From: Okamejei kenojei
Lineage: Eukaryota
DNA length: 64,000 nucleotides
Direction of reading: 5' to 3'
Assembly: GCA_035221665.1 (NCBI GenBank)
Contig: CM069139.1
Span: 55,862,001-55,926,000 of the forward strand
The notes below the pieces were generated by a model, which worked only from the letters and a program-made list of their open reading frames with translations, did not search any database and was not told where the DNA came from. A program made the position numbers and the translations under genes. This document shows positions 40,845-50,987 of the stretch, in pieces; position 1 is the stretch's first letter, and each line of letters starts with the position of its first letter.

Positions 40845-41982
40845 CACAATCATTCCGCAGCAGCTGGTGGAGAAGTTGGAGTTATTGGGGGTTGATGCTG
40901 GCACATGTAACTGGGTCCTGAACTTTCTATCTCAACGGCAGCAGACAGTCAGGGTGGGATTAGGACATCAAAATCCATAGCCGTGAGCACTGGCTCGCCC
41001 CAAGGCTGTGTCCTAAGCCCTCTGCTGTTTAGTCTGCTTACACACGACTGTACTGCTAGACTCAACAGCAACTTCATCAACAAGTTCGCTGATGACACAA
41101 CAGTGGTGGGTCTCATCAGTGACAATGATGAGTCGGCGTACAGGATGGAGGTGGAGCTGCTCACAGGTTGGTGCAAATCCAACAACCTCATTCTCAACGT
41201 GGGAAAAACGAAGGAGATGGTGGTTGACTTCAGTAGGGCGGGAAAACAACGCCATACACCTCTGCACATCGATGGAGCTGATGTGGAAAGGGTCAGCAGT
41301 GTGAGGTTCCTAGGAGTCCACCTGTCAGATGACCTGACATCCACAACCAACACCACAGCACTGGTCAAGAGAGCCCAGCAGCGACTATACCCTCTCCGAA
41401 GACTACGGAAAGCAGGTCTCCCCACTGCACACCTATAAACCTTTTATATGGGGGCCATCGAGAGCACATTAACCTACGGCATCACATCCTGGTTCGGGTG
41501 CTGCAAGGCGTACGAATGGCACCAACTGGACAGGATTGTGAAGACCGCCAGCAGGATTATTGGTGCTCCACTCCCTTTCCTGCTGGACATATACAGGAAG
41601 AGATGTATCAGCAGAGCCATCTCCATCATCAAAGACCCCTACCACCCATCGCATCACATATTCTCCATCCGGCCATCTGTGAAGAGGTACAGGAGCATCA
41701 GCTGCAAAACCAGCATGACTCCTCGGCTTCTTCCCACAGGCTATAAGACTGATAAACGGACTTTGCCCCCTGTCAAAGTGTCGCGCACCAACCACCAACC
41801 TGGACACACTGAAGCAGAGCCATTGTCGTGCCACTGCCGATTGGAACTCATGATATATGTATTTTTATTTTTATTTCTATTTATTTTTTACCGCGCACTG
41901 AATGGACACTGGTTGAGCAACGTTTTTTCGTTTCCTCTGGGTACTCAGGAAAAATGATAATAAAGATATACATACATACATA
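40845..41982 (+). mobile_element. Rex1/Babar-like LINE, 5'-truncated
   Basis: GSPQGCVLSPLLFSLLTHDC, KFADDTTVVGLI, KTKEMVVDF, FLGVHLSDDL; AATAAA followed by a (CATA)n tail. Confidence 0.92.
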
Positions 41983-43734
41983 CTATTCAATTGTTTGGAA
42001 ATAGTGATGGTTTGGCAACTGGCTCTCTGGGATTTTGATTTTGGATATAATTGGTCAACAGTTTCAGTAGAATGGAAGATGGAAGGCCACTATTGGGATG
42101 GTAAAGACATAGAGAGAGAATTGCAGTGGCAGTGTTGTTTAATATGGTGCTTGTCTGATGTCCATTACAGTATCAAGGTGGCAAATGGTTGAGCATATTG
42201 AGCTAATCTATCAAGCCTATGGCCCATTAATTCACAAGCTGTCAGCCAAATCACTTCCAGGTGCAAGCAAGTTTTGTTTGTTTCCTCAGGATATTATATG
42301 AATTTGCTAGCCTGCAGATTGCAGATACTTCATGTCATGGAAGCCTCAGACACCTTAAAAAAAGATGCAAGCATCCAGCTTTAATCCTGAAAAGTATATA
42401 AACTTTAAATGATTGCGCACATTTCTCCCAAAGATTTTCTGATGAACTACCATAGTTCATCTGAAATTGTGTGCGTGTGTGTTCTTAATTTTTTTTAAGT
42501 AATGTTGGAACCATGTTGCAACTATCATATCATTTATATCTCAAATTTGTATTAGCATATAGGTTAAGCACGAGAGTACTTCAATAATTCACTTGTTAAA
42601 TTATGTTTTGCACATATCTGAGGGATTAGAACATCCTAAGCAAGTTCAAGACACGAGACTGGAATCTGGAGCAACAAACCATCTGCTGGAGGTATTCAGC
42701 AGGTCAAGCAGCATCTATAGATGGAAAGGGAAATTCAAATGTTTGACTCAAATCGTCGACCATTCCTTTTTATCACCATTCCACCATCAAATTGTTGTTC
42801 CAAACCAAGTTTCCTTGTAAATTAATAAATAGACTCTAATTTCTCACAGAAATACTGACATATTAGGCTTTCCCTAGCTTGCCGTATTTCTTCCATTCTA
42901 ATGCTGTGTAATCAACAGCAGCAGCAATAAATGTCTTTCTCTTCTGCAGGTCTGGCCTGACTTCAGCAGTACATTTCTGATTTCATTCTAGCCATTTTCC
43001 AAATTGGCATAAGATTCTGAGAATTTGTATAGTGCAACGATGTCTTGATCCTGGTTAGCTGCATTCTGCCTTTTCACCAGTGGAATATTATTTCTAGATT
43101 GCTCATCTCCAGTCTACAGATTATGAAATTGTAATGCTCTTTGCTATTAAAGACTGCGCTTTCAGTACAGAATGAAACTGTTTTTCGCTCATGTTAAATT
43201 ATTCAGAGTGCAGAAATATTCTTGATTAGTAAAGGGTCAAAGCTTATGAGGAGAAAGCAGGAGAATGGGGTTGAAAGGGAAAGATAGATCAGCTCTGATT
43301 GAATGGTGGAATAGACCCGATGGGCCGAATGGCCTAATTCTGTTCCTAATACCTAAAGCCTTATGATCATTCTTTGTGCAATCTCCATTCTGCATAATTA
43401 TTGGATGGCATAATTCGAGCCTTAACATCTCTCTAAAGTGGATATAAAGGATCGCATAAATGGGAAAGAAGTACTTTTGGTGCTTAATTATCTATCCTGA
43501 CCCCTAATGAGGATGATGAAGCAACATAAAGGGATACTAAATCTGGATAGAGGGGTTGGAGAATTTAAATGTTGTGCTTCTTATCCATGAGTGAGCAGAC
43601 ATGGTATGTCAAGGTGGTCGGCATTTGGCTTGAGTTAGGGCATGGCCAATGGTGCATGAGCTTACCAGAGAGCAAAATGAACCTAGTCTGCTGTGAGGTC
43701 AATTAAGTGAGGTCATACTTCCAGTCCTCGGTTA

Positions 43735-44165
43735 GACATAATCACAAAAATTAAGAATTTGCCTTGGTGCTCCGCCCACAAGTAACAAGATGACGTACCG
43801 TGACAGTTACAAATGACTCAGAAAACACTAAACATTAATAATAATAAGACATTATTGATAAATCACCATTGATCAAGCATGTGAAGCAACAAAATACCAG
43901 ATCGGAGGCTACAGATTTTTGGCTGTTGAGTAGAGCAACTACTTGTGGATAAAAACTGTTTTTATGTCTGGCTGTGGCAGCGTTGACAGTCTGGAGTTGC
44001 CTTCCAGAGGGAAGTGATTCAAAGAGTTTGTGGCCAGGGTGAGAGGGGTCAGAGATGATCTTGCCCACTCGTTTCCTGGCCCTTGCAGCATACATTCCTC
44101 AATGCAGGGAAGGTTGCGGCCAATAACCTTCTCTGCTGATCGGACGATTCGCTGCAGCCTCCAGA
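43735..44165 (-). mobile_element. Rex/Babar-like LINE 3' fragment
   Basis: IISDPSHPGHKLFESLPSGR...NSFYP C-terminal motif. Confidence 0.85.
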
Positions 44166-44186
44166 TTCATTGGGAATTGAAGGGGT

Positions 44187-45530
44187 TGTAGTGGCACCAG
44201 CTAGTGCCCACAGGTAATCGAACACTGCGGTCGGGTGCCTCGGACATGTGACTGGATCAGTGTTGTGGCTAGTTCTGTGTATTGGCTGTGTTGAGTCACT
44301 TTGTTGATTTTATTGTTTTGTTAATAAAACTCGTTTGGAAAATTGACTATCGTCTCATCCACCAAATTGGTGACCCCGACGCATCCAACCGAAGATTGGA
44401 CGACATCATGCAGAACAATTACCTTCCTGCCGCCGCTCCCGACGGCCATCAAAACGTTGTCAGCCTGAAATTGCCCGGGTTTTGTCTGGATCAGCCTCAG
44501 GTGCGGTTCGCCCACATTGAGGCGCAGTTTCATCTGCACCACATTGTGGCAGACGAAACAGAGTACTTCCATGTGGTGGGAGCCCTGCCGCAGGACTCCC
44601 GTTTACTGCCTTATCTTTGGGACCCTCCCGCAACCGCTAAATATGACGGCCTCAAGGCCCTCCTATTACATACCTTGAGACTCAGCCGCCGGGACCATGC
44701 CGCCCGCATCCTTCCCATGGACGGTTTGGGAGCTCGCCGGCCGTCCGTTCTCATGGCCAAGATGCTCACACTTATGGACTGCCACCGCCCGTGCCTGTTG
44801 TTCGAACAGGCGTTTCTCGAGCAGATGCCTGACGATGTCCGCCTAATGCTCGCCGGCGCAGACTTCACCTATGCCCTGCAGCTCGGGGAGCGGGCCGCCG
44901 AACTCTGGCCAACCAGACACCAGGATATCTGCGCCATCAACCGCGTGCCCGCACCAGCTGCCTTTCACCTCGGCAGCTCCACGATGAAGGCACGCCCTCG
45001 CCTCCCACCGAAGAACCGCAGCAGCGTCCCGAGACTCGCGGTAGGCACCGTTTGTGTTATTATCACCTCTGCTATGGCACGGAGGTTCGACGCTGCCGCC
45101 GTCCATACCCGTTTCAGGGAAATGCCTCGGCCGATCGTCTGTAGAGGCGATCGCGACCCACCCAAACAACTGCCTCTACGTCCACGACCGCCATTCCGGC
45201 CGCCTTCCTGGTAGACTCCGGTGCGATCGTCAGCATCCTTCCCCCGACCAGCCGTGACACTCGTGCTGGTAAGAAGGGCCCTGTTCGTACGCGGACTCTT
45301 ACGCTCACTTAGACTCCCGCCCGTACAAGTGGACATTTATCATTGCGAACGTTGCCCAGCCGCTCTTGGGAGCTGATTCCCTCCGCGGCTTCTTCCTCAT
45401 CGTCGATTTACGGGGCGGTCGCATGATTCCGCAGTCGGCCATCGGCCGCTTTGCACCGCACAACCCGCCCCCACCTGTCCCGCAGTTTAACCCTGTCGCC
45501 GAGGTCGAAAGCCCGTCCAGTTTTCTGCTT
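44187..45530 (+). mobile_element. 5' portion of a second Gypsy element: LTR (44187-44364), primer-binding site (44368-44380), gag, protease
   Basis: TGTAGTGG...CCACCA LTR with AATAAA; TGGTGACCCCGAC; gag motif VSLKLPGF...QVRFAHIEAQF; degenerate zinc knuckle CYYHLCYG; protease LVDSGA at about 45208. Confidence 0.88.
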
Positions 45531-46699
45531 CTTCCAATGGCCAATTTACAGAATATGCGTCTTCCTTAAATTTAACACTATCCTTGATTTCCCTCGTTAG
45601 CCATGGTTGAGCCGCCTTCCCTGTTTTATTCGCCAGACAGGGATGAACAATTTTGGGAGTTCATCCATGCAGTCTTTAAATCTTTGCCACTGCATCTCCA
45701 CCGTCAACCCTTTAAGTATAACTAGATTAAGTGGGACCCATTGGGTCCCAGTCACACGGGAGTCCTGGTCCCCCAATGCAACCCATTCCCCAACGCAACA
45801 TTCCACCATTCACCCATAGCCCCTAAATGCACAGGGGCGGCTCATTTCCCCTCATCCCCGACTACTCCCTCCCCCTCCTCTTCATGTATGGGAGGGGAGG
45901 GGGGAGGGAAGTGGGGTGTGTGGAGGGGAGGTGGGGGGAGTGGAAGAGGGGTGTGTGTGTGGACGGGGAGGTGTTGGAGGGGGGAGTGGGTGGTGTGGGG
46001 TGAGGGGGAGGTGTGTATGTGGGTGGGTGGGATGTGGCATGAGAGGAGGAGGGATGTGGGAGGGGATTGTGTGGAGGAGGGCATGTGTGTGGGAGGGGTG
46101 TGTGTGTGTGGGGGGGGGGATTTGGTGAGGAGGGGTGTGCGGGAGGAGGTTGTGGGCAGGAGGGGTGTGTGAGTGGAGAGGGGTGTGCAGGAGGGGTGTT
46201 TGGCCGGTGGGTTTGGAGGGGTGGTGTGTTTGTGGGGGGTAGGAGTTTTGTCGTGGGGTTTGTCGTGGGGTGGTTGTCGTTGTGGGGTTGTCATAGGGGT
46301 GGTTGTCGTTGTTGGGGGGTTTCTGGGGTGTGTGGGGCTAGGGGGTGTGGGCGCGGGGGTAATGGGCATGGGGGGAGTGGGCGCAGGGTAGTGTGGGGTT
46401 ATGGGGGCACGGGGTGGTGTGGGCGCAGGGTACTGTGGGCGCAGGGGGGTATGGGGTGGGTGTGGGAGTGGGAGTGGGTGTGGGGGGGTGTGGGCGCGGG
46501 CTGTGTAGGTGGTGGGGTGTTTGGGCGGGGGAGTGTGGGTGGGCGGGTGTGTGTGTGTGGACGGGGGGCTTTGTTCTTCAGCTTGGCCTCAGATGCTGTT
46601 AGTTTAGCCTGAAGATCGGCGCAGGTGCTGACAGCTGAGCACTGCTCCTCCCTCTCTCTCTCCGTGTCCGTCAGCAGTCTTTAAACGGACCTGGGGAAC

Positions 46700-46766
46700 C
46701 CAGTAGCCTGCATAACCACTTTCCTCCAGACTAGGGGAAGTTTTTTTTAAATTAACAAATGCATTC
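46700..46766 (-). pseudogene. gag: ERV gag matrix region, continuation downstream of the FCHO2 insert
   Basis: (CQA)LNAFVNLKKTSPSLEESGYAGYW continues the WWP*LGSDED frame from about 49430 once the insert is removed. Confidence 0.7.
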
Positions 46767-46825
46767 AGTGCCTGACACCTCTTCCATTGTCTTTTTATGT
46801 GCCTTGGTCTGTTCATCTCCATATT
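46767..46825 (-). pseudogene. FCHO2: FCHO2 retrocopy segment C (YGDEQTKAHKKTMEEVSGT)
   Basis: Matches recalled human FCHO2 [20 protein letters not shown] and continues segment B across the Penelope TSD. Confidence 0.85.
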
Positions 46826-48796
46826 CCATAACCGACTTCATCAGCTCGGGCTCCCTACCCTCCCGAGCCTCCGACCTCATCGTTTCCCAGCCCCGCACGG
46901 CCCGATTTTACCTTCTCCCCAAAATCCACAAACCCGACTGCCCTGGCAGACCCATTGTCTCTGCCTGTTCGTGCCCCACCGAACACATTTCCACCTACCT
47001 TGACGCCATCCTATCCCCCTTTGTTAAATCCCTCCCCACCTATGTTCAAGACACCTCAGACACTCTCCGTCGGCTCCGTGCATTCCATTCTCCAGGCCCC
47101 CATCCTCTCATCTTTACCATGGACGTCCAGTCACTCTACACCTCCATCCCCCACCAGGACGGTCTCAAAGCCCTCCGGTTCTTCCTCGACCAGAGGAGCA
47201 ACCCATACCCGTCCACTGACACCCTCCTCCGCCTAGCAGAGTTGGTCCTCACCCTCAATAACTTCTCTTTTGATTCCTCCCATTTCCTCCAAACACAAGG
47301 CGTAGCTATGGGCACACGCATGGGCCCCAGCTACGCTTGCCTCTTTGTTGGGTACGTCGAACAATCCTTGTTCTCGACGTACCAGGGCCCCATCCCCGAC
47401 CTCTACCTCCGTTACATCGACGACTGCTTTGGTGTCACCTCCTGCACCCACACACAACTGACTGACTTCATTCATTTCACCACCAACTTCCATCCGGCAC
47501 TCAAATACACTTGGACCATTTCCGACACTTCCCTACCATTCCTTGACCTCACCATCTCTATTGCAGGTGATACGCTCCTGACCGACATCCACTACAAACC
47601 TACTGACTCCCACAGCTACCTGGACTACTCTTCCTCCCACCCTGCTCCCTGTAAGGACTCCATCCCCTATTCCCAATTCCTCCGTCTACGCCGCATCTGC
47701 TCCCAGGATGAGGTGTTCCACACCAGGTCATCACAAATGGCCTCATTCTTCAGAGAACGGGATTCCCCTCCCCCACTATTGATGAGGCTCGCACCAGGGT
47801 CTCCTCCATACCCGCAACACTGCCCTCGCTCCCCATTCCCCCACTCGCAAACAGGGCAGAGTCCCCCTGGTCTTCACCTTTCACCCCACCAGCCGGCAAA
47901 TACAACATATAGTCCTCCGCCAGTTTCGCCACCTCCAACGTGACCCCTCCACCCGCCACATCTTCCCATCTCCCCCCCTGTCTGCCTTCCGCAAAGACCG
48001 CTCCCTCCGCAACTCCCTTGTCCATTCTTCCCTCCCCTCCCACTCTACCCCTTCCCCGGGCACTTTCCCTTGCAACCGCAAGAAATGCAACACTTGTCCC
48101 TTCACCTCCCCCCTCCACTCCTTTCAGGGACCCAAGCAGTCCTTCCAGTCCGACAGAGGTTCACCTGCACCTCCTCCAACCTCATCTACTGCATCCGCTG
48201 CTCCAGATGCCAGATGATCTATATCGGTGAAACCAAGCGGAGGCTTGGCGATCGCTTCGCCGAACACCTCCGCTCGGTCCGCAATAACCAACCCGACCTC
48301 CCGGTGGCTCAGCACTTCAACTCCCCCTCCCATTCCACATCCGACCTCTCGGTCCTGGGCCTCCTCCACGGCCAGAGTGAGCAACACCGCAAGCTGGAGG
48401 AACAGCACCTCATATTCCGCTTGGGGAGTCTGCATCCTTTGGGCTTGAATATTGAATTTTCTCAATTCTGTTAACCCTTGCTGTCTCCTCCCCTCCCACC
48501 TCTCCCTCAGCCCTCGGGCCCTGGCATTCCCTCCATCTCCATCTCTCTCCCCCCACCCCAGTCGCACCAGCTTCTCATTTTCACACCACAAACAGCTTAC
48601 AATGGCTTGTTCCCTTTATCACCGATACTTCTTTGCATATCTTTCACTCATTGTTCCTTATCTCTCCACATCACCGTCTATATCTCTCGTTTCCCTGATC
48701 CCTGACCAAAGAAGGGTCTCGACCCGAAACGTCGCCTATCTCCTTCGCTCCTTAGATGCTGCTGCACCCGCTGAGTTTCTCCAGCTTTTTGTGTAC
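46826..48796 (+). mobile_element. Penelope-like retroelement inserted into the FCHO2 retrocopy
   Basis: RT (YLRYIDD) and GIY-YIG motifs; very similar to 20165-22254; TSD CATCTC[C/G]ATATT at 46814-46825 and 48796-48807. Confidence 0.95.
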
Positions 48797-48990
48797 ATCT
48801 CGATATTTCTGTACTTCTTTAATTCATTCTTGTAGTTTTTGTACAAGATCTAAGCTGGCTAGTTTTTCCATTGACAATTTTAAAACATCCCATACTGGTG
48901 CAAATGTTCCCAACTGACTGTTATTTTTGTTGATATTTGACCATGTTTCGTATTATGGTAAAGAACATCAAAGCCATTGTTCTTCTCTCC
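48796..48990 (-). pseudogene. FCHO2: FCHO2 retrocopy segment B (N-terminal F-BAR exons)
   Basis: [22 protein letters not shown], then an 85-nt deletion relative to the recalled human sequence, then [39 protein letters not shown]. Confidence 0.9.
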
Positions 48991-49427
48991 CAGGTCTGTC
49001 TTTACCAGTGCCTTTTGTTTCAGAAAACCTCTGTATCAAACTTTCAACTTTAGTATTCTCAATATTTTGCACTAACTCCTCATGTACCTGACCAATCTGT
49101 ATATGAGTTTCTTCTATAGATTGTGTGAAACAACTCAATATTTCTTTCATGTGCTTAAGATGAGCTTCTTCAATTTCCTGAAATTGCTTTGAGGTTTCTG
49201 TCAATTTTTGTTCAAAATCTGTTCTGGCCACTGCATATTTTTCCACATATAATTTATAGGTTTCTGTAGCTTTTTTAGATTTGACAGTTGCCTTTTCTAT
49301 TTCTTTCTGTGTTGCTCCTTCCTTCTTTAACTTTTCGTACTCAAAGCATTTGGCATAGTCATTTTCCTTAGATTTTTGCAATGTTTGAGTGATACTCTGA
49401 ATATTCTGTATTGCATCCAAAGTGCCT
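48991..49427 (-). pseudogene. FCHO2: FCHO2 retrocopy segment A (C-terminal half of the F-BAR domain, intronless, open frame)
   Basis: [22 protein letters not shown]...[32 protein letters not shown]...QIGQVHEE...KGTGKDRPG; closer to recalled FCHO2 than to FCHO1. Confidence 0.92.
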
Positions 49428-49676
49428 AATCCTCATCGGAGCCCAGTCATGGCCACCAGACTGAACTCCCCCTTATTGGTCCTTTGGTCAATCAAAATAA
49501 CAGAACTTAATCATAGTCTCCTTATCTTTACCCCCGGTGCTTCCTTCTCCCCAAGATTGCCACATTCGCCCCAACGGACTATCGGGTGGAATGTGAGGAC
49601 CCTCTTCCCTCGGTCCCTTTTTCTTAGCACCCTGTTTATCTCCAGGGTCATTATTCTTAACACATTGATTCCCTGT
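49428..49676 (-). pseudogene. gag: ERV gag N-terminus (matrix), decayed
   Basis: GNQCVK...IPPDSPLGRMWQSW...GKDKETMIKFCYFD*PK / PIRGSSVWWP*LGSDED; resembles class I (gamma/epsilon-like) ERV Gag N-termini; lies downstream of the primer-binding site and leader. Confidence 0.75.
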
Positions 49677-49930
49677 CCGACCTTCCCCGTCCGACAGAAC
49701 CCAATCGCCCGAGTAATACTTAATAGTCAGTTTTCTCACTCGGGTCCTGTGCACAGGAATTGCTCGATTGATCCCTTCCTTACTCCGGATTCCCTCTTGT
49801 TTCTCGAGTCTCTTGTCTGGATATCACTCGCTCAAACCGCTGACGGCAAGCAAGGAGATCAGAGACTGCTGAAATCAGCAGGGTGCACCTTCCCTTCCTT
49901 CCGCGCCTCCGCCGAGCGGCCGAATTGGCG

Positions 49931-49948
49931 ATCTCGGACGAGCCCCCA
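49931..49948 (-). promoter_or_regulatory. Retroviral primer-binding site, tRNA-Pro type
   Basis: TGGGGGCTCGTCCGAGAT matches the MLV PBS-Pro TGGGGGCTCGTCCGGGAT at 17 of 18 positions; 4 nt after a ...CA LTR end. Confidence 0.92.
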
Positions 49949-49952
49949 AGCT

Positions 49953-50160
49953 TGTGAGATGTATTTCAGTGCCCACAATCACAATGCCAGAGACAAAGTC
50001 GTGGAAACAAGAAATGCGTTTATTTACGAGTCTGCAGAGCCGGGTGCCTCTCCAAACCAAGACACACCTAGGTCAAGAAAATACCCCCCTTTATACAACA
50101 CAATTTCACTGAATCAGCCTCCCCTTCTGGCTCCTTCCAATTGGAGCGATGAGGTGCACA
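49953..50160 (-). mobile_element. ERV 5' LTR, probably 5'-truncated
   Basis: On the - strand, in order: CCAAT (in 50137-50144), TATAAA (50090-50095), AATAAA (50019-50024), terminal CA (49953-49954). Confidence 0.8.
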
Positions 50161-50327
50161 CTCTGTCGCAAACCATTTTTGCGCAGACAGACCACGCAAC
50201 CAGAAGATAACACGATCAGTTTTAGGTATGTATAGATTTGCCCGTCTAACATAGCCATTTCCCGCCTCATATCTTCAAAGTCTCCTTTTTTAAGTTCAGG
50301 ACCCAAGTCTCTGAATTAACCGTGTCA

Positions 50328-50602
50328 AGGGCCTGTCCCACTGTACGAGGTAATTCAAGAGTTCTCCCGTGTTTTCCCCTGATTCGAACTTGGAGAATGT
50401 CCGTAGCGGGTCCGTAGGAGTTTGTGGATGTCTCGTAGCGGCTCGTACGAGTAACGGTAGGTACTCGGGAAATCCGGTAAACTCGTGACATTTTTTCAAC
50501 ACTGTGAAAAATGTCCACGAGTAAGTAAATACTCTTGATGAAAAAAATTGTTACTTTTTACTCGTTTGAGCCGCTACGAGACATCCACAAACTCCTACAG
50601 AG
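50328..50602. mobile_element. Truncated PIF/Harbinger-type MITE
   Basis: AGGGCCTGTCCCACT TIR as at 26062; internal inverted repeat TAGGAGTTTGTGGATGTCTCGTAGCGGCTC / GAGCCGCTACGAGACATCCACAAACTCCTA. Confidence 0.75.
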
Positions 50603-50833
50603 TTTTTTTTGTTAAAATGTTCCACACAGTCAAGTACTGAATATGCTTGATTTTCTAAAACAAATTGAAAAGGTTCCAGTTTGTGCAAAAGGTGACTTTT
50701 TTTTAAAGATTTTGGCTAGATTATTGTAATTACAGAGAATTTAATTTAGGACTGAGTTATATTTAGAACTTAATTATATTCTTTTTCCTATAGATTCCAA
50801 TAACTAAGCTGCTCTCCCTTCTCCCCATCCACG

Positions 50834-50987
50834 ATGAGTGCCAAACCTGCTATCAACAAGGAGATTTTTGCTCCACACAATGAGAGAATGCTTGCGGCCG
50901 TCCAGGTCAAACGAAGAACCAAAAAAAAGATTCCATTTCTATCAACAGGAGGTCAGGGGGAATACTTGACCTACATCTGTTTGTCAG
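50834..50987 (+). CDS. STXBP6: Syntaxin-binding protein 6 (amisyn), first coding exon (exon about 50794-50987)
   Basis: MSAKPAINKEIFAPHNERMLAAVQVKRRTKKKIPFLSTGGQGEYLTYICLS closely matches the recalled human N-terminus; polypyrimidine tract and TAG acceptor ending at 50793; phase-1 donor CAG|GTAAAG after 154 coding nt. Confidence 0.96.

Larger units (their letters stand above)
45722..50236 (-). mobile_element. Cargo-bearing non-autonomous Helitron (4515 bp including the nested Penelope)
   Basis: 5' TCTATACATACCTAAAACTGATC at 50236; hairpin TGGGACCC-ATT-GGGTCCCA at 45732-45750; CTAG terminus at 45722-45725; A^T target with no TSD. Confidence 0.87.
45578..50330 (-). mobile_element. CR1 ORF2 fragment split by the Helitron insertion (45578-45721 and 50237-50330)
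   Basis: Removing 45722-50236 restores the frame LNLKKGDFEDMRREMAMLDGQ-I-ILKGLTVEMQWQRFKD. Confidence 0.88.

Noticed and set aside
48968-49420. A functional nested FCHO gene or an ordinary mRNA retrocopy
   Set aside because: No introns, start exon or poly(A); the exon order is permuted, and the adjoining segment has a stop codon and deletions.
49422-50210. 262-aa plus-strand ORF
   Set aside because: It is the antisense reading of the ERV LTR, leader and gag; non-ATG start and no recognisable protein.
50160-50212. TGTTATC at 50212 as the 5' TG end of the ERV LTR
   Set aside because: This stretch resembles the Helitron 5' region seen at 13195-13260, so it is assigned to the Helitron.
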